DNA of 64,000 nucleotides, from contig CAVRAG010000008.1 of assembly GCA_963718895.1 (NCBI GenBank), positions 1,536,001-1,600,000 of the forward strand. Reading direction: 5' to 3'. This stretch comes from an uncultured Nitrososphaerota archaeon. GTDB taxonomy: Archaea; Thermoproteota; Nitrososphaeria; Nitrososphaerales; Gagatemarchaeaceae. The position numbers were made by a program, and so were the translations under genes. Under the pieces are notes generated by a model. The model made no database searches and had not been told where the DNA came from. It saw only the letters and a list, made by a program, of their open reading frames with translations. Positions 10,069 through 20,706 of the stretch are shown here, piece after piece (position 1 is the first letter of the stretch; each line of letters begins with the position of its first letter).

Positions 10069-10862
10069 CTCTACCAGCGCCCTCCAAGGGCGGACTGCAA
10101 GCTGCGACCCGTGTCGAGTGACGTAATCCTAGACCTAAACGCTCGAGTTACAGCTTGGACGCTAGCTTCTCTAGCGGAAATGAAGATAGGTGGCTCGGCT
10201 GCAGACAGAATGGTCCTAACTTCCTCTGTGCGCGAGACATTCCACCACTATTGGTATGGAACCACCGCCTTATAGACATCGGTCTCGTTCAATGATGGGT
10301 TAGGGGTGTCGCGGACGGTGTATCATTGGTATGGCCTGGATATCTCTCTTCCAGAATGAGTTGTAGGTCTCGGAGTCGGCGTATCTTGTCAGGAGTATCC
10401 GGAACATGTTCTCCAGAGTCCCTGGGTGCTCCAGCAGGCCAACTTGTGCTTACAGCCTTGGCCACCTCCCATGAGCCTCTCTATCGTGTTGGACGTATAG
10501 AGGATCTTCAGCTTTCTGTTGCTTCAGATATCAAGAACAAGGCAATTCCAAGTCTGCTAATGGACAAACCGACAAGATCCAGCACAAGGAGGGAGAAGGC
10601 TACAAGAATCAGAGCGATGACCTGCGCTCTCAGTCCATGTGCGCCTCGGCCCTGCATCAGGTGGGTCCTTGCCTATAGCATGCCGACGCTTGCCTAGATG
10701 CCGTCTAGCACCACCAACCAGCTATCGAGCTCTGGACGGTTCACTGCTATGATAATCGCTGGTTGTGTGAGAGCCGGAACTCGTTTAACATGTCCGAGGT
10801 GCTATCGCCATTAGACTTGAATCATTAAATAATCTGTCGGGATCACATCCTGCGTCTAATCC

Positions 10863-11813
10863 ATGCCTTTTTGCTCCGAGTGCGGTGCTCCAGTACTCGA
10901 ATCGCAGGCCTTTTGCACTATTTGCGGAGCGCGGCTGGAAGTTGCGCAAGGTCTACCTCAGCAAGGCCCTGAGCTGGAGCAGGGGGAGAAGGTCCTCTTC
11001 CGGTGTACACAGCCTGAACTTTGGGTCAAGGAGAAGTACTCCAGTATGGCCAGTAGGTATGGAAGCTCCTCCTCGGCGACTATGGGTCTCGGCTTTAGAT
11101 ATCAAAGTGAAATGTCCAACATGTCGCAGCAGCAATTCAATGCTGAGCAAGCGAAGATAAGCCAGCGGTACGCAGCGCCCAAATTCCCAAGGTATAAGTC
11201 GGATATCCTCATGATCTCCGACAAAAGATTATTCCTCGCCGACCTTAAGGGCACGGTTACCTACCAGATGCCCCTTGAGCCTGAGAAAGTACGCAGCGAC
11301 ATGGAGACGCTGCGCAAGGGTAACCAGGAAATCTTCGCAGCGGTGCGCGACGAGCGTAAGAGTGGGAAGGTGAGGAGGTTCAGCAGGCAACCCGGCGTTC
11401 GGGAGCGAGGCGCAGTCTTCGCATATGATGTGATTACTGGCGCAGAGGTCAAGAAGAGGGCGATGGGGAATGGGCAGGAGATAGAGCTCAAGGTATTGAC
11501 GTTGAACCCGAGCGCCAAGGATCCATCCTTCGATAGACTGACGGCTATGACTTACGGCAAGGGCAAGAAGGAGCTGGGGAGAGGATGGGGTTTGAAGTTC
11601 AGGGAAGAAGAGAAGGCATCCGAGATTGTCCAGTTCCTCGAGACAAGAAGTGGTCCACTCAAAGCGGTTGCGGCGCAATACGAACTAGATTTCGCCAGCG
11701 TCGAGATTCTTGAAGCAGAAGCCCAGCATATTTCCGCCGCGGTCTCGCATCAGAATGATGGAGAGGGGTCGTGCAAGTTCCTGGTGAGGTGTCTCAATGT
11801 GTACTTCTTCTGA
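10863..11813 (+). CDS. N-terminal zinc-ribbon protein
   Basis: MPFCSECG...AFCTICG double CxxC; first gene of a plus-strand four-gene run. Confidence 0.7.
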   Translation: MPFCSECGAPVLESQAFCTICGARLEVAQGLPQQGPELEQGEKVLFRCTQPELWVKEKYSSMASRYGSSSSATMGLGFRYQSEMSNMSQQQFNAEQAKISQRYAAPKFPRYKSDILMISDKRLFLADLKGTVTYQMPLEPEKVRSDMETLRKGNQEIFAAVRDERKSGKVRRFSRQPGVRERGAVFAYDVITGAEVKKRAMGNGQEIELKVLTLNPSAKDPSFDRLTAMTYGKGKKELGRGWGLKFREEEKASEIVQFLETRSGPLKAVAAQYELDFASVEILEAEAQHISAAVSHQNDGEGSCKFLVRCLNVYFF

Positions 11814-11881
11814 CGAACACTGAATTTGTCAGATTCTAATGGAAAAAGGAGAAATAAGCGAACACTTCCCACTAACTGCGC

Positions 11882-12811
11882 TTGGCCGCAAATTTGAGCT
11901 CCATTCCAGAAAAGGATTTGCGCAAATACGACCTCAAAGAGTTTCTCAGGCTCCAAAAGATTGATACTCAAGAAAAGGGAGTCGCCTTCCTTGGACCGGC
12001 CGGAGTGGGAAAGACAACACTTCTCAGCTTAATCGATCTGTATCTTCAGCAAGAAGAAAACAAGATGAGCGAAAAGGCGACGAGTCAGATCATGGAAGGA
12101 GATCGGTTCTTCGAAGTAACCGAGGAAAACCTGAGCGAGGGGCGGTTTCCAGCCCGAACGGAGGAAAATACGACAGAGCGTCTCAAACTCCAGATTACCG
12201 TCCAAGGGTCGCGCTCTCCGGTCATGCTGTATGCAACTGACTACAGTGGCGAAATCCTAGAGTCATCAATGGAGAAGTCAACACTTGTTAAAGCGCCAGA
12301 CCCCGCATACTTTCTACTTACGAAGGTCAAGGGTCAGCTTGCCTACTTTCTGAGTGCCACCGCTCTCGCGTTTGTCATCGATCCGACTCACACCGGGCTC
12401 CAGGATCTTCCTGGAGGTGCCAAGCCGCAAAACAGTTTCATCAAAGCCGATTTCACGTACAAAGTACTTCTCCAGAAGTTGACTCAGGCGCGCACGGGGA
12501 ATGATCGCGGAACCTTGAACACCCCAGTGGCAATAGTGCTTACGAAAGTCGACACTTTCACTAGCAGAGGAGAGTCAGAAATCCTGAAGAATGGAGGACG
12601 AGATTGGGTGGAACATAACCTTCCAAAATTCAGCGGTGCTCTAACGAGCTATGTCTCGGGCAAGGTAACGTACCTTACCTCAGGATTCGAAACTGAAAGG
12701 GACCCCCAAAACCCCAATTCGCTGCTCATAAAGAGACGCGCCGGATACCCGATAGCAGTTGGCAACGGAACGGGAGGTCTTGTCTCTTGGCTGAAGGGAT
12801 TGGCGAAATGA
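11882..12811 (+). CDS. TRAFAC-class P-loop GTPase (double-GTPase/conflict-system type)
   Basis: G1 GPAGVGKTT, G3 DYSGE, G4 TKVD. Confidence 0.8.
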   Translation: MAANLSSIPEKDLRKYDLKEFLRLQKIDTQEKGVAFLGPAGVGKTTLLSLIDLYLQQEENKMSEKATSQIMEGDRFFEVTEENLSEGRFPARTEENTTERLKLQITVQGSRSPVMLYATDYSGEILESSMEKSTLVKAPDPAYFLLTKVKGQLAYFLSATALAFVIDPTHTGLQDLPGGAKPQNSFIKADFTYKVLLQKLTQARTGNDRGTLNTPVAIVLTKVDTFTSRGESEILKNGGRDWVEHNLPKFSGALTSYVSGKVTYLTSGFETERDPQNPNSLLIKRRAGYPIAVGNGTGGLVSWLKGLAK

Positions 12812-14623
12812 GTGTCCGGGTTGCCTAGTCCAGAGTCACTAACGTGTGAAGCGCTTGTCTATACTGCGGCTGATGTGAAAGGCGTTAGGGGCTATCAGGT
12901 GGTAGCGTCTACATCCGGCATTGGCGACATACACTTGAAGATGATGAATGACTATTTCCTGCCCGCATCGCTGACCCAAGGGACGCGATTCGTTTGGAGT
13001 AGGCAGATGCTCGTGGGAGAAGAGATAGTCGCTCACAGTTTCATCAAGAACGTAGGCTACGGTCCGGATGGAAGGAACGGAACTTTATACAATCATACAA
13101 TCTTCATGGTGAAGGATGACTTTGCTTCTCTGGGGGCCGACCCGCGTTACTTGGACCGGAGTGGCATATTCATGACCGATCTGAGCGCGCTGTCCCTTGG
13201 GAAGCTTAGTGAATCAGGAAAAATCGAGAGAGCGGTCATCCCTCTCTCTCCTCGAATCGCAGGGTTAGAATACCTGAAAACGATTTTGACGGTAGATCAA
13301 CTTTCGGCAACTATTCAGGCTCGACTGGCTGCCATCGTGGATGGCAAGAGGTTTGCTATCGGGGTTGATGGTTCTGTCAACCCCGAAGCGTTCTTGGGTG
13401 ACCTATTTTCGTGCCTTCCGTTGTCAATCCGAGCGAGGTCGTACTCGACATTTTCGCGTGATCCAGTTCTTCAAAGCCGGTTCGAAGTCTTCATTGTGGA
13501 GGATGAACCACCTCAATTGGTGCTTTCCTCCCCAGCCTTTCTCTACCATGACGTGACTAAGACAGGACGTGGGAGCGGGAAACTTGGCGCGCTCGCAGAA
13601 GGGCTAGCTCTTGAGTCTTGGGCGGGAACACGACAGTTGCAGGCTGAGGTTGAGCAGCTCTTTGAGAGCAATCACAGTCAGCTGCGACAGGCGCTGCGAT
13701 ACGAAGAGTGCAAGATGGCTGTTGGGAAAAACAATGATCCCTCCTCAGTGACTGACTTGCAACTCGCTTGCGCGAGAGCCGGTCTGCCCCTTTCGCTGCA
13801 GCTCTCTACGAAGCACTTGGAAGAGGCTAGACGGGCCAGCCTCCTATCGGCAAACAGCGCCAAGATTAGCGAAGCGTACCTAGCGAGTCTGAAGACGTAC
13901 GAATCCGCGCAGGACTCAGATTCCTGCGACGTGTTCTCGACTTGGCTCTCGGAGGCTGTCGCGAAGTTCAGGGCCGCCGACCGGAACGCGGATGGCTTTG
14001 TGCTGGATTTCTTGACCGCCGCACCCGAGAGATGTCGTCCGTCGATCGCAGGCACCCTTCTTTCGACACTTGGAAATGGACTCCCTCAAGCTTACACGCC
14101 TGAAACCTTCTCAAGGTTGATTGAGAGGGAACCACTTCTTCATAACTGTCTGGCATTTCTCCGCGAGATAGAAAACGAATCGACTTTGGTATCAGTCGTG
14201 ATGGAACTTTCGAGGATTGGGAAAGAAGACTTGGCCTACGAGATTTTCGAATCAGTCGTAACTCCGTCGCAACAAGGTCGAATCAAGAGCGAAACTGTTC
14301 TCGCTCTTGTGAGAGATGAGAAGGCTCGGAAGCTTCCCACTGTTATGAAGGAACTGATTGCCGAATCCTCGCTAAAGATAGCGGAAGAGACATTGAATGA
14401 GATACGTCGCGATGCCGGGTTGGGGTTTGCAACTCGATTCTTCAGAAGAGGGTCAAGAGACCTTCGAGGAGCAAGTGAGCGTCTTCACCAATTCGACGTA
14501 GAATTTCGCACCCCCGTCCTAGAGTACCTCTCTTCAGACAAGACAGATTCTAAAGTGCTGAGGCACGCCATAGAGGAACTGAAGGCGAAGGTTGTCGACC
14601 TGAATTCCGAGCTCGGTAGGTGA
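12812..14623 (+). CDS. GAP1-N2-like GTPase-associated protein
   Basis: N-terminal LVYT...GVRGYQVVASTSG and GPDGRNGTLYNH resemble the GAP1-N2 domain; starts immediately after the GTPase stop. Confidence 0.6.
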   Translation: MSGLPSPESLTCEALVYTAADVKGVRGYQVVASTSGIGDIHLKMMNDYFLPASLTQGTRFVWSRQMLVGEEIVAHSFIKNVGYGPDGRNGTLYNHTIFMVKDDFASLGADPRYLDRSGIFMTDLSALSLGKLSESGKIERAVIPLSPRIAGLEYLKTILTVDQLSATIQARLAAIVDGKRFAIGVDGSVNPEAFLGDLFSCLPLSIRARSYSTFSRDPVLQSRFEVFIVEDEPPQLVLSSPAFLYHDVTKTGRGSGKLGALAEGLALESWAGTRQLQAEVEQLFESNHSQLRQALRYEECKMAVGKNNDPSSVTDLQLACARAGLPLSLQLSTKHLEEARRASLLSANSAKISEAYLASLKTYESAQDSDSCDVFSTWLSEAVAKFRAADRNADGFVLDFLTAAPERCRPSIAGTLLSTLGNGLPQAYTPETFSRLIEREPLLHNCLAFLREIENESTLVSVVMELSRIGKEDLAYEIFESVVTPSQQGRIKSETVLALVRDEKARKLPTVMKELIAESSLKIAEETLNEIRRDAGLGFATRFFRRGSRDLRGASERLHQFDVEFRTPVLEYLSSDKTDSKVLRHAIEELKAKVVDLNSELGR

Positions 14624-17106
14624 AAGTCTTGGGAAAAGAGAGTCAATACCCCCTTGAGAATGAATTGAAGGAGGTGCTTAGGTTATCCCCGAGTGAGAGG
14701 AAGGATCGACTGAAGGTTCATATCGAGAAATATGAGAACGTCATGCGAAGTCAAGCACCTCAAGACAATGAACGTAGGATGAAGCTGGCGCCAGCGCACG
14801 AGCTTGAGGCGATCCTAATCTACCTGTCTGACGTTCTTAGCATACCCGTGGAGCTCAAGAACGTAGTTTGGGAGGAGAGCCTTAGACTCTTCAAAGAGGG
14901 CGGTGACGACATAAGTTGCGCTAGGCTCCAACTGAACAAGCGAGGACTAATCGGACCCAATCTTCCCTTCACCAGGGACCCATTCCAGAGATACGTCGAG
15001 GAGTTCTGGACTGAAGACTCCCTCAACGAAATCGCTTTCGGGACGCGCCTCGAGAATTATACTCGAGACGCGCTTGAGGAGATGGATCGACTTTCCGGCG
15101 ATTCGCATGACAAATCCACGGACATCTTCCTCGCCTACGAGGTGTATTGCAAGGCTCGCCTCCTGGCCACAGTCCTCCCATTCATTGTGCAATGTCGCCA
15201 GCGAGGGATGATAGAATCAAAGACTGAACTCTCTTTTGTGAGAGAGAGATTCGATGAGATCCTCAACCGTGCATTAGTTCAAGAAACGGCGAGGGATACT
15301 GGCCACATGAGGAAAGACGCCGAAGCGGCCGCGGCGGAACTGGCCCTAGATTTCAAGGACATAGAGAATGATCTTGAGACTCTCGGAAGAATTCGTGGCG
15401 TGCTCAAGAGAGCGGAGTCGATTCGGGTCACAGTGGGAATTGCGGCTAGTTTGCCCTCGATTGATGTAGACCCCCCTCATCTAAAGGCCCTTTTCGGTAA
15501 ACTGGCGAAAGCTGAGCCCAATTCCTGGAGCATTGGAAGAAGAAAGTTCCTTTGTGACGATTTTGGAATCACTGTTATTGAGCCTCGAGCGAACAGGACC
15601 GCCACGAGAGTCTATGATAACATTGCGAGCTGTTCACTCAACGCCACGCTCGAAGAAATCGCCGAGGTGCTCGCAGACATTGGTTGCACTGACACTCTCA
15701 GGAAGGAGGAGAATCAACCGTCGCTTCTGGCCCTACTGCGTGGCTGCCAAGACCTGAGTGACCATGTCCTTCAAGAACTCAAGAAGACCATGACGCTCAC
15801 GGACTTTGCCCTTGCGTCCGCTGGGCTCTGCGAGCTGCTCAAGAGCAGACATCTTTCGAACGAGAACCGTGAATTGTGTGATGAGCTACTCCTTTGGTTC
15901 CTGCACGTCCCTGCGGTGGTTGTTGAGCTGACAAGACTTGCATGCCTGGGAAAGGATTGGAATATTGACAATGAGACTATCTTGACCGTCGCGCAACTCC
16001 TGCCAAGCTCCTCAGATCACGGCAACAAACTGGTCGCTGAAGTGTTGGACTCATTGCAAGAAATGGGAGGCCGCCGGTCGTCTCTCGATAATGGGGAAAT
16101 TCATGAAGGAGATCCCTCGAACTACTCAGTGCTGACAGGATACGCTCCAGCCGTCACGGACTTGAATGTAAGAGTGACACGCGCCGTCGAAACGGATCTT
16201 GGTCATGGCAAGCTCATTGACGACAAATCGCACAAGCGCATTCAGAGTCTTGTGCGACTAATGGGGATTGAAAGCGAACTCGTGGCTAGGATAAAAACGG
16301 AGACTCGGGTGAAGGGAGACGCCCTTACCGCCAGCTCCATGATGGGTTTCTTTCTACTCAATGTGGCTACACCCCAGAATGCTGGCAGGCTAGGCGCAAT
16401 CGGGCTCTTGGTCCTCCTGCCCCTCGTCGCGAAAGTGGCTCAGTGGCGGAAGATTACATGGCTCAATTACGACATTCAGGGTAAGAAGCTCGTGCTGGGA
16501 GAGTCGGTCGCGGTATTCATCACGACAGCTCTCCTATTGACGGGTACCAGTCTCCTATCCTCTTCGACACTTCCTCAGGGAATCAGCTCGATAACAACCC
16601 TTGTGGTCCTCGGAAACAGCGTCGCACTCGCCTCGGCCATATACTTCGGAATAGACTTCGTGTATCGATTCCTGACGATTGATGTCTTCCTCAGGACCGA
16701 AGAAAGCCTCTCAACTACAGCCAACATTGTATCCTACTTCCAAGGTGTAATCCCTTCAATCGCGCAGGCGGCGTTTCTGTATTCGGCATTATTCTTTACA
16801 AACCCGGTGTCATATGTGACACTGGCATTCTTAACATTGTTTGTGGTGGTGATTTATTCATTACGGAACAGGCTACCAGTTGAAATTGAGAAGAAGGAAG
16901 AGCGCTGGTCTGCCAAACAACTCTTCGAGTCCGATGTTAGATACATAGTTAGATACGTCATGAACCATTCCGCGAATGGCTCAATTCCCTCGAGGACCGA
17001 AGTACTCCGCGTGATAAGTAGATCGACGACAAACGAAAATCCCCTCAAAGTAATCAAGGAGGCTTCGTATCGCCTGAAGAAACTGGGCTTCGCGCCGGTT
17101 AATTGA
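14620..17106 (+). CDS. Large helical protein with C-terminal multi-TM region
   Basis: 828 aa, GTGA overlap with the upstream gene, about 6 TM helices near the C-terminus. Confidence 0.7.
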   Translation: MKVLGKESQYPLENELKEVLRLSPSERKDRLKVHIEKYENVMRSQAPQDNERRMKLAPAHELEAILIYLSDVLSIPVELKNVVWEESLRLFKEGGDDISCARLQLNKRGLIGPNLPFTRDPFQRYVEEFWTEDSLNEIAFGTRLENYTRDALEEMDRLSGDSHDKSTDIFLAYEVYCKARLLATVLPFIVQCRQRGMIESKTELSFVRERFDEILNRALVQETARDTGHMRKDAEAAAAELALDFKDIENDLETLGRIRGVLKRAESIRVTVGIAASLPSIDVDPPHLKALFGKLAKAEPNSWSIGRRKFLCDDFGITVIEPRANRTATRVYDNIASCSLNATLEEIAEVLADIGCTDTLRKEENQPSLLALLRGCQDLSDHVLQELKKTMTLTDFALASAGLCELLKSRHLSNENRELCDELLLWFLHVPAVVVELTRLACLGKDWNIDNETILTVAQLLPSSSDHGNKLVAEVLDSLQEMGGRRSSLDNGEIHEGDPSNYSVLTGYAPAVTDLNVRVTRAVETDLGHGKLIDDKSHKRIQSLVRLMGIESELVARIKTETRVKGDALTASSMMGFFLLNVATPQNAGRLGAIGLLVLLPLVAKVAQWRKITWLNYDIQGKKLVLGESVAVFITTALLLTGTSLLSSSTLPQGISSITTLVVLGNSVALASAIYFGIDFVYRFLTIDVFLRTEESLSTTANIVSYFQGVIPSIAQAAFLYSALFFTNPVSYVTLAFLTLFVVVIYSLRNRLPVEIEKKEERWSAKQLFESDVRYIVRYVMNHSANGSIPSRTEVLRVISRSTTNENPLKVIKEASYRLKKLGFAPVN

Positions 17107-17196
17107 GGCCTTGCGGACCGTCATCGAACTCCGACCTTGACGAAAGGCTACTCAGCGAGGTCGTAGCGCCACCCGTCTTGCGACTGTCGGGCGGCA

Positions 17197-17772
17197 CTAA
17201 TTGTGTGCACCGATGCTTCTCCCACGCTCGGATTCCAGTAGACTGACCCAATCCCCTTCTTTGAACTTGGGGCGTGGACCACCTGACGTCTGGCGTCCTG
17301 TGGTCTGATGCAAGACAAAACCGAATCCCGCTGTCACTCCGGCAAGGACAAGCCACTCCGCCAAGTAAAGGGGAGTCGAAGGACTTGCCAAACCACTCGC
17401 CGAATAGCCCGCCAACAGGATCAAATCAGCACCAAGGAACGCAATGAGGGCCGACCCGAGCAGGCCGAGCAGGAGGCCCCTGGTCGATGAAGTCGCCACT
17501 AGTTTACCGGGGAGGTAGCCAAACGCCGTTGTCGCCAAGGGGCTCGCTATCGTGAAAGTCTGTGCAACCAAGGTTGTCAGGTCGGACGATTGCGCACCGT
17601 TCGCTGTGGCGGCACCCAGATTGGCAATCAGAGGGACTATTGCTCCGAGCCCGAATAGCGCACCCCCCTCGTAGCCGTATAGGAGTCCAACGGAAAGAGG
17701 TGTCAACATGTTGAGAGGAAGTATTAGAAACGATACCTTAGGAATCAGAAGGATCATGACGTCCGTGGCCAA
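17197..17772 (-). CDS. Membrane protein
   Basis: 191 aa hydrophobic protein, downstream of the Ig-repeat surface protein. Confidence 0.55.
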   Translation of the reverse strand: MATDVMILLIPKVSFLILPLNMLTPLSVGLLYGYEGGALFGLGAIVPLIANLGAATANGAQSSDLTTLVAQTFTIASPLATTAFGYLPGKLVATSSTRGLLLGLLGSALIAFLGADLILLAGYSASGLASPSTPLYLAEWLVLAGVTAGFGFVLHQTTGRQTSGGPRPKFKEGDWVSLLESERGRSIGAHN

Positions 17773-17810
17773 GTAGAACAGGCTGCCGAGTACGAGGAGC
17801 CTCCGCGTTC

Positions 17811-20159
17811 CTACGATGCTCCACTACCCCCCAATTCAGATCTCCGAGGCTGGGAGGACTGATTAGGTCCACGCGCGATGATTAGAATCGGGACAAGAAT
17901 CACGATTGTGATCAGAACCCACGCATACCAGAAGCTTGTCTTCAGGACAAGAGGAAGCGAAGTACCCTGTGAGCCCGAAGAGCTCGTAGTCGAGGTCGAG
18001 TTTCCGTTCGTGCTCGACGTGTTGGGACCGAGGCTGGATGTTGTTTCCGTGGATGAGCTAGAGGTGGTCATTGTACTGGAGGTCACGGTTCCAGGAAGGC
18101 TAGAGGTAGTCGAAGAGCTACTAAACGTGTTCGTGCTCTGTGTGCTGGTCACAGTCGTCACTTTTGGTGAAACCACTAGGTAGATGGTCGAGTTACTTCC
18201 AGAGTAACCATTCTCGGATGCGCTGATGGTAACGAAATCATATAGAGTGTTCTCAACATTTCCGACAGTGAAGTTGATTGCAAAGTGTCCATTCTTGTCC
18301 GTCACAGTGGTCTGTGTGTAGAAGCTGGAGCCTATGGTGTCGGACACAGTAACCGCGGCTCCGCCTACGCCGCTGTAGCAGCAGAGGTAGACGTAGCCGG
18401 TGATTGCATCTTGGACCCCTGGGTTCGGGCTGTTGTTTGACACTGTCCCGCTTAGGTCCAGTTGCGTGCTACTGCAGGCGATGTAGATTGTATTTGACGC
18501 GATTCCTGTACGACCTGCCACAGACGCCGACGCTGTGACGACGTCGATTCCACACTTCGCTGCTATCTGTACCTCGGTCAAAGCGACGCCGCTGGAGTTG
18601 GTCTTGACCGTGGCAGGCGCGAAGGTTGAGCTAAACCCATCGGTGAAACCAACGGACGCTCCTGAGACAGGTTGGCCCCCAGAGGTGACAGTCGCCTCAA
18701 CGATGAGTTGGTCGTTTACCGCTGAAGTAACGTATGGACGATTCTCAAATGTGGAGAGCGTGCTGGGCAGAAACCGGTTCTCTACCACCGTGAGATAGTT
18801 TGAACCTGATGGATTCACTGTCATGTATATTGTAGAGCTGCTGTCCGAATACCCGCTCTTGGAAGCTGTAACGGTGATGAGGTCGTACTTGGAGCTGTCT
18901 ACATTTCCGAGTGTGAAGTTAATTGAGTAGAATCCGTTACTGCTTGTCTGAACGGACTCCGTGTAGAAGCTGGAGCCTATGGTGTCGGACACAGTAACCG
19001 CGGCTCCGCCTACGCCGCTGTAGCAGCAGAGGTAGACGTAGCCGGAGATGATATTGGTGCTCCCGCTGACTGCCGGATTGTTCTGAACCGAAGCATCAAC
19101 GTCCAGTTGCGTGCTACTGCAGGCGATGTAGATTGTATTTGACGCGATTCCTGTACGACCTGCCACAGACGCCGACGCTGTGACGACGTCGATTCCACAC
19201 TTCGCTGCTATCTGTACCTCGGTCAAAGCGACGCCGCTGGAGTTGGTCTTGACCGTGGCAGGCGCGAAGGTTGAGCTAAACCCATCGGTGAAACCAACGG
19301 ACGCTCCTGAGACAGGTTGGCCTCCTGCAGTAACCGTCGTCTCGACGACTACCTGGTCGTTTACCGCTGAAGTAACGTATGGACGATTCTCAAATGTGGA
19401 GAGCGTGCTGGGCAGAAACCGGTTCTCTACCACCGTGAGATAGTTTGAACCTGATGGATTCACTGTCATGTAGATCGTGGAACTGCTCCCCGAATAACCG
19501 CTTTCCAAGGTTGTCACTGTGATGAAGTCGTACTTGGAACTACCTACTGCTCCGAGTGTGAAGTTAGTCGAATAGTATCCATTGCTACTGGTCTGCACAG
19601 TCTGTGTGTAGAAGCTGGAGCCTATGGTGTCGGACACAGTAACCGCGGCTCCGCCTACGCCGCTGTAGCAGCAGAGGTAGACGTAGCCGGAGATGATATT
19701 GGTGCTCCCGCTGACTGCCGGATTGTTCTGAACCGAAGCATCAACGTCCAGTTGCGTGCTACTGCACGCCACTGAAATGGAAGTAGACTGGGTGCTTGTA
19801 GAACCAGCTATGCTCACGCTCGCATTTATCATGTCGGTTCCACAGCGTTGTGCTATCTGTAGTTCGCTCACAGCGACACCGGTAGAGTTGGTAGCGGCGG
19901 TGGAGGGAGCGAAGGTTGACTTGAAGGAATCGATAAAACTGACCGACGCTCCTGAGGCCGGCTGGCCCCCAGAGGTGACAGTCGCCTCGACGACCAACTG
20001 GTCATTGACCGCGAATGCCTGGCCCTTCATTACGGAGACCCCCACCGACAATCCTGGGGCTCCAGAGGCTGTTGTAAATCGGAAGCCGGGTGAAGCGTAA
20101 CCAACGAGCAGAACCATTAGCATGAGTGCAGACCACGCTCGAAGGTGTACCAACTGCAT
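17811..20159 (-). CDS. Cell-surface protein with tandem Ig-like (invasin/Big-1-like) repeats, S/T linker and C-terminal anchor
   Basis: Signal peptide; ATVTSGGQPVSGASV..F...TNSSGVA repeats; S/T-rich stalk; C-terminal TM. Confidence 0.85.
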   Translation of the reverse strand: MQLVHLRAWSALMLMVLLVGYASPGFRFTTASGAPGLSVGVSVMKGQAFAVNDQLVVEATVTSGGQPASGASVSFIDSFKSTFAPSTAATNSTGVAVSELQIAQRCGTDMINASVSIAGSTSTQSTSISVACSSTQLDVDASVQNNPAVSGSTNIISGYVYLCCYSGVGGAAVTVSDTIGSSFYTQTVQTSSNGYYSTNFTLGAVGSSKYDFITVTTLESGYSGSSSTIYMTVNPSGSNYLTVVENRFLPSTLSTFENRPYVTSAVNDQVVVETTVTAGGQPVSGASVGFTDGFSSTFAPATVKTNSSGVALTEVQIAAKCGIDVVTASASVAGRTGIASNTIYIACSSTQLDVDASVQNNPAVSGSTNIISGYVYLCCYSGVGGAAVTVSDTIGSSFYTESVQTSSNGFYSINFTLGNVDSSKYDLITVTASKSGYSDSSSTIYMTVNPSGSNYLTVVENRFLPSTLSTFENRPYVTSAVNDQLIVEATVTSGGQPVSGASVGFTDGFSSTFAPATVKTNSSGVALTEVQIAAKCGIDVVTASASVAGRTGIASNTIYIACSSTQLDLSGTVSNNSPNPGVQDAITGYVYLCCYSGVGGAAVTVSDTIGSSFYTQTTVTDKNGHFAINFTVGNVENTLYDFVTISASENGYSGSNSTIYLVVSPKVTTVTSTQSTNTFSSSSTTSSLPGTVTSSTMTTSSSSTETTSSLGPNTSSTNGNSTSTTSSSGSQGTSLPLVLKTSFWYAWVLITIVILVPILIIARGPNQSSQPRRSELGGSGAS
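18170..20010. repeat. Intragenic tandem repeat, 645-bp period, about 3 units
   Basis: gtgtagaagctggagcctatggtgtcggac recurs at 18316, 18961 and 19606, with long identical stretches between units. Confidence 0.9.
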
Positions 20160-20458
20160 GATACGACTGAGTTCACTCCTTAATACTTTTTCAAGGAACA
20201 GAAGGGCTCTGGATAGGAATGAGTTTGGGGGTGACTCGCCTCACCAGGCATGCTGAGACTGCCGAGAGTAGTGACAAGAATGCTGGATGCAGTCAGCGAT
20301 AATCTCCTCACACGTTCACAGTCAGGTAGTCCGCTTATTCAGTTTTGGACCTACAGTTTAGAACTCAAGACGTGTCTCGAACTTCTCACTTGTTTTCGTT
20401 CAGGTCGGAGTGGGCAGTCTATGGCGTCCCTTCACTCGTGAAATCGCATTCTGGAACC

Positions 20459-20598
20459 CTACGCAACCTGCGCCACCTTCACCATCCCAACCGCCGTCGT
20501 CTTCAGGCCCGGGTCGATGTACCTCTTGAAGATGGCAAGGTCCTCCGGGAGTCTCGAGCGCGATAGGGTACTCCATCTCGTACTCCTTCTGTGAGACC
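20459..20598 (-). pseudogene. Relic C-terminus of a paralogue of the HerA-like ATPase at 26006-27200
   Basis: YPIAL(+1)RLPEDLAIFKRYIDPGLKTTAVGMVKVAQVA* aligns with DPIALRLPEYIAIFRRYVNPDVPEAGTGFVMVPRVA. Confidence 0.75.
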
Positions 20599-20706
20599 AA
20601 GTTTCGCTATTCTCTTGGCTCTGAGCACGTATGAGTTTGGCCTGTCGGATTCCGACACTGGCAACATACGTACGTGAGGCGACAGCACCGTTGACTGTCC
20701 ATCTCT

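Noticed and set aside
10636-10657. Possible 12th repeat copy (catgtgcgcctcggccctgcat)
   Set aside because: It lacks GGTTC and has several mismatches. It lies in a plausible intergenic position but is too weak to count without a motif score.
10326-10697. 123-aa plus-strand ORF
   Set aside because: Its composition is not protein-like, and the opposite strand shows only a stop-interrupted hydrophobic fragment. This is probably decayed sequence.
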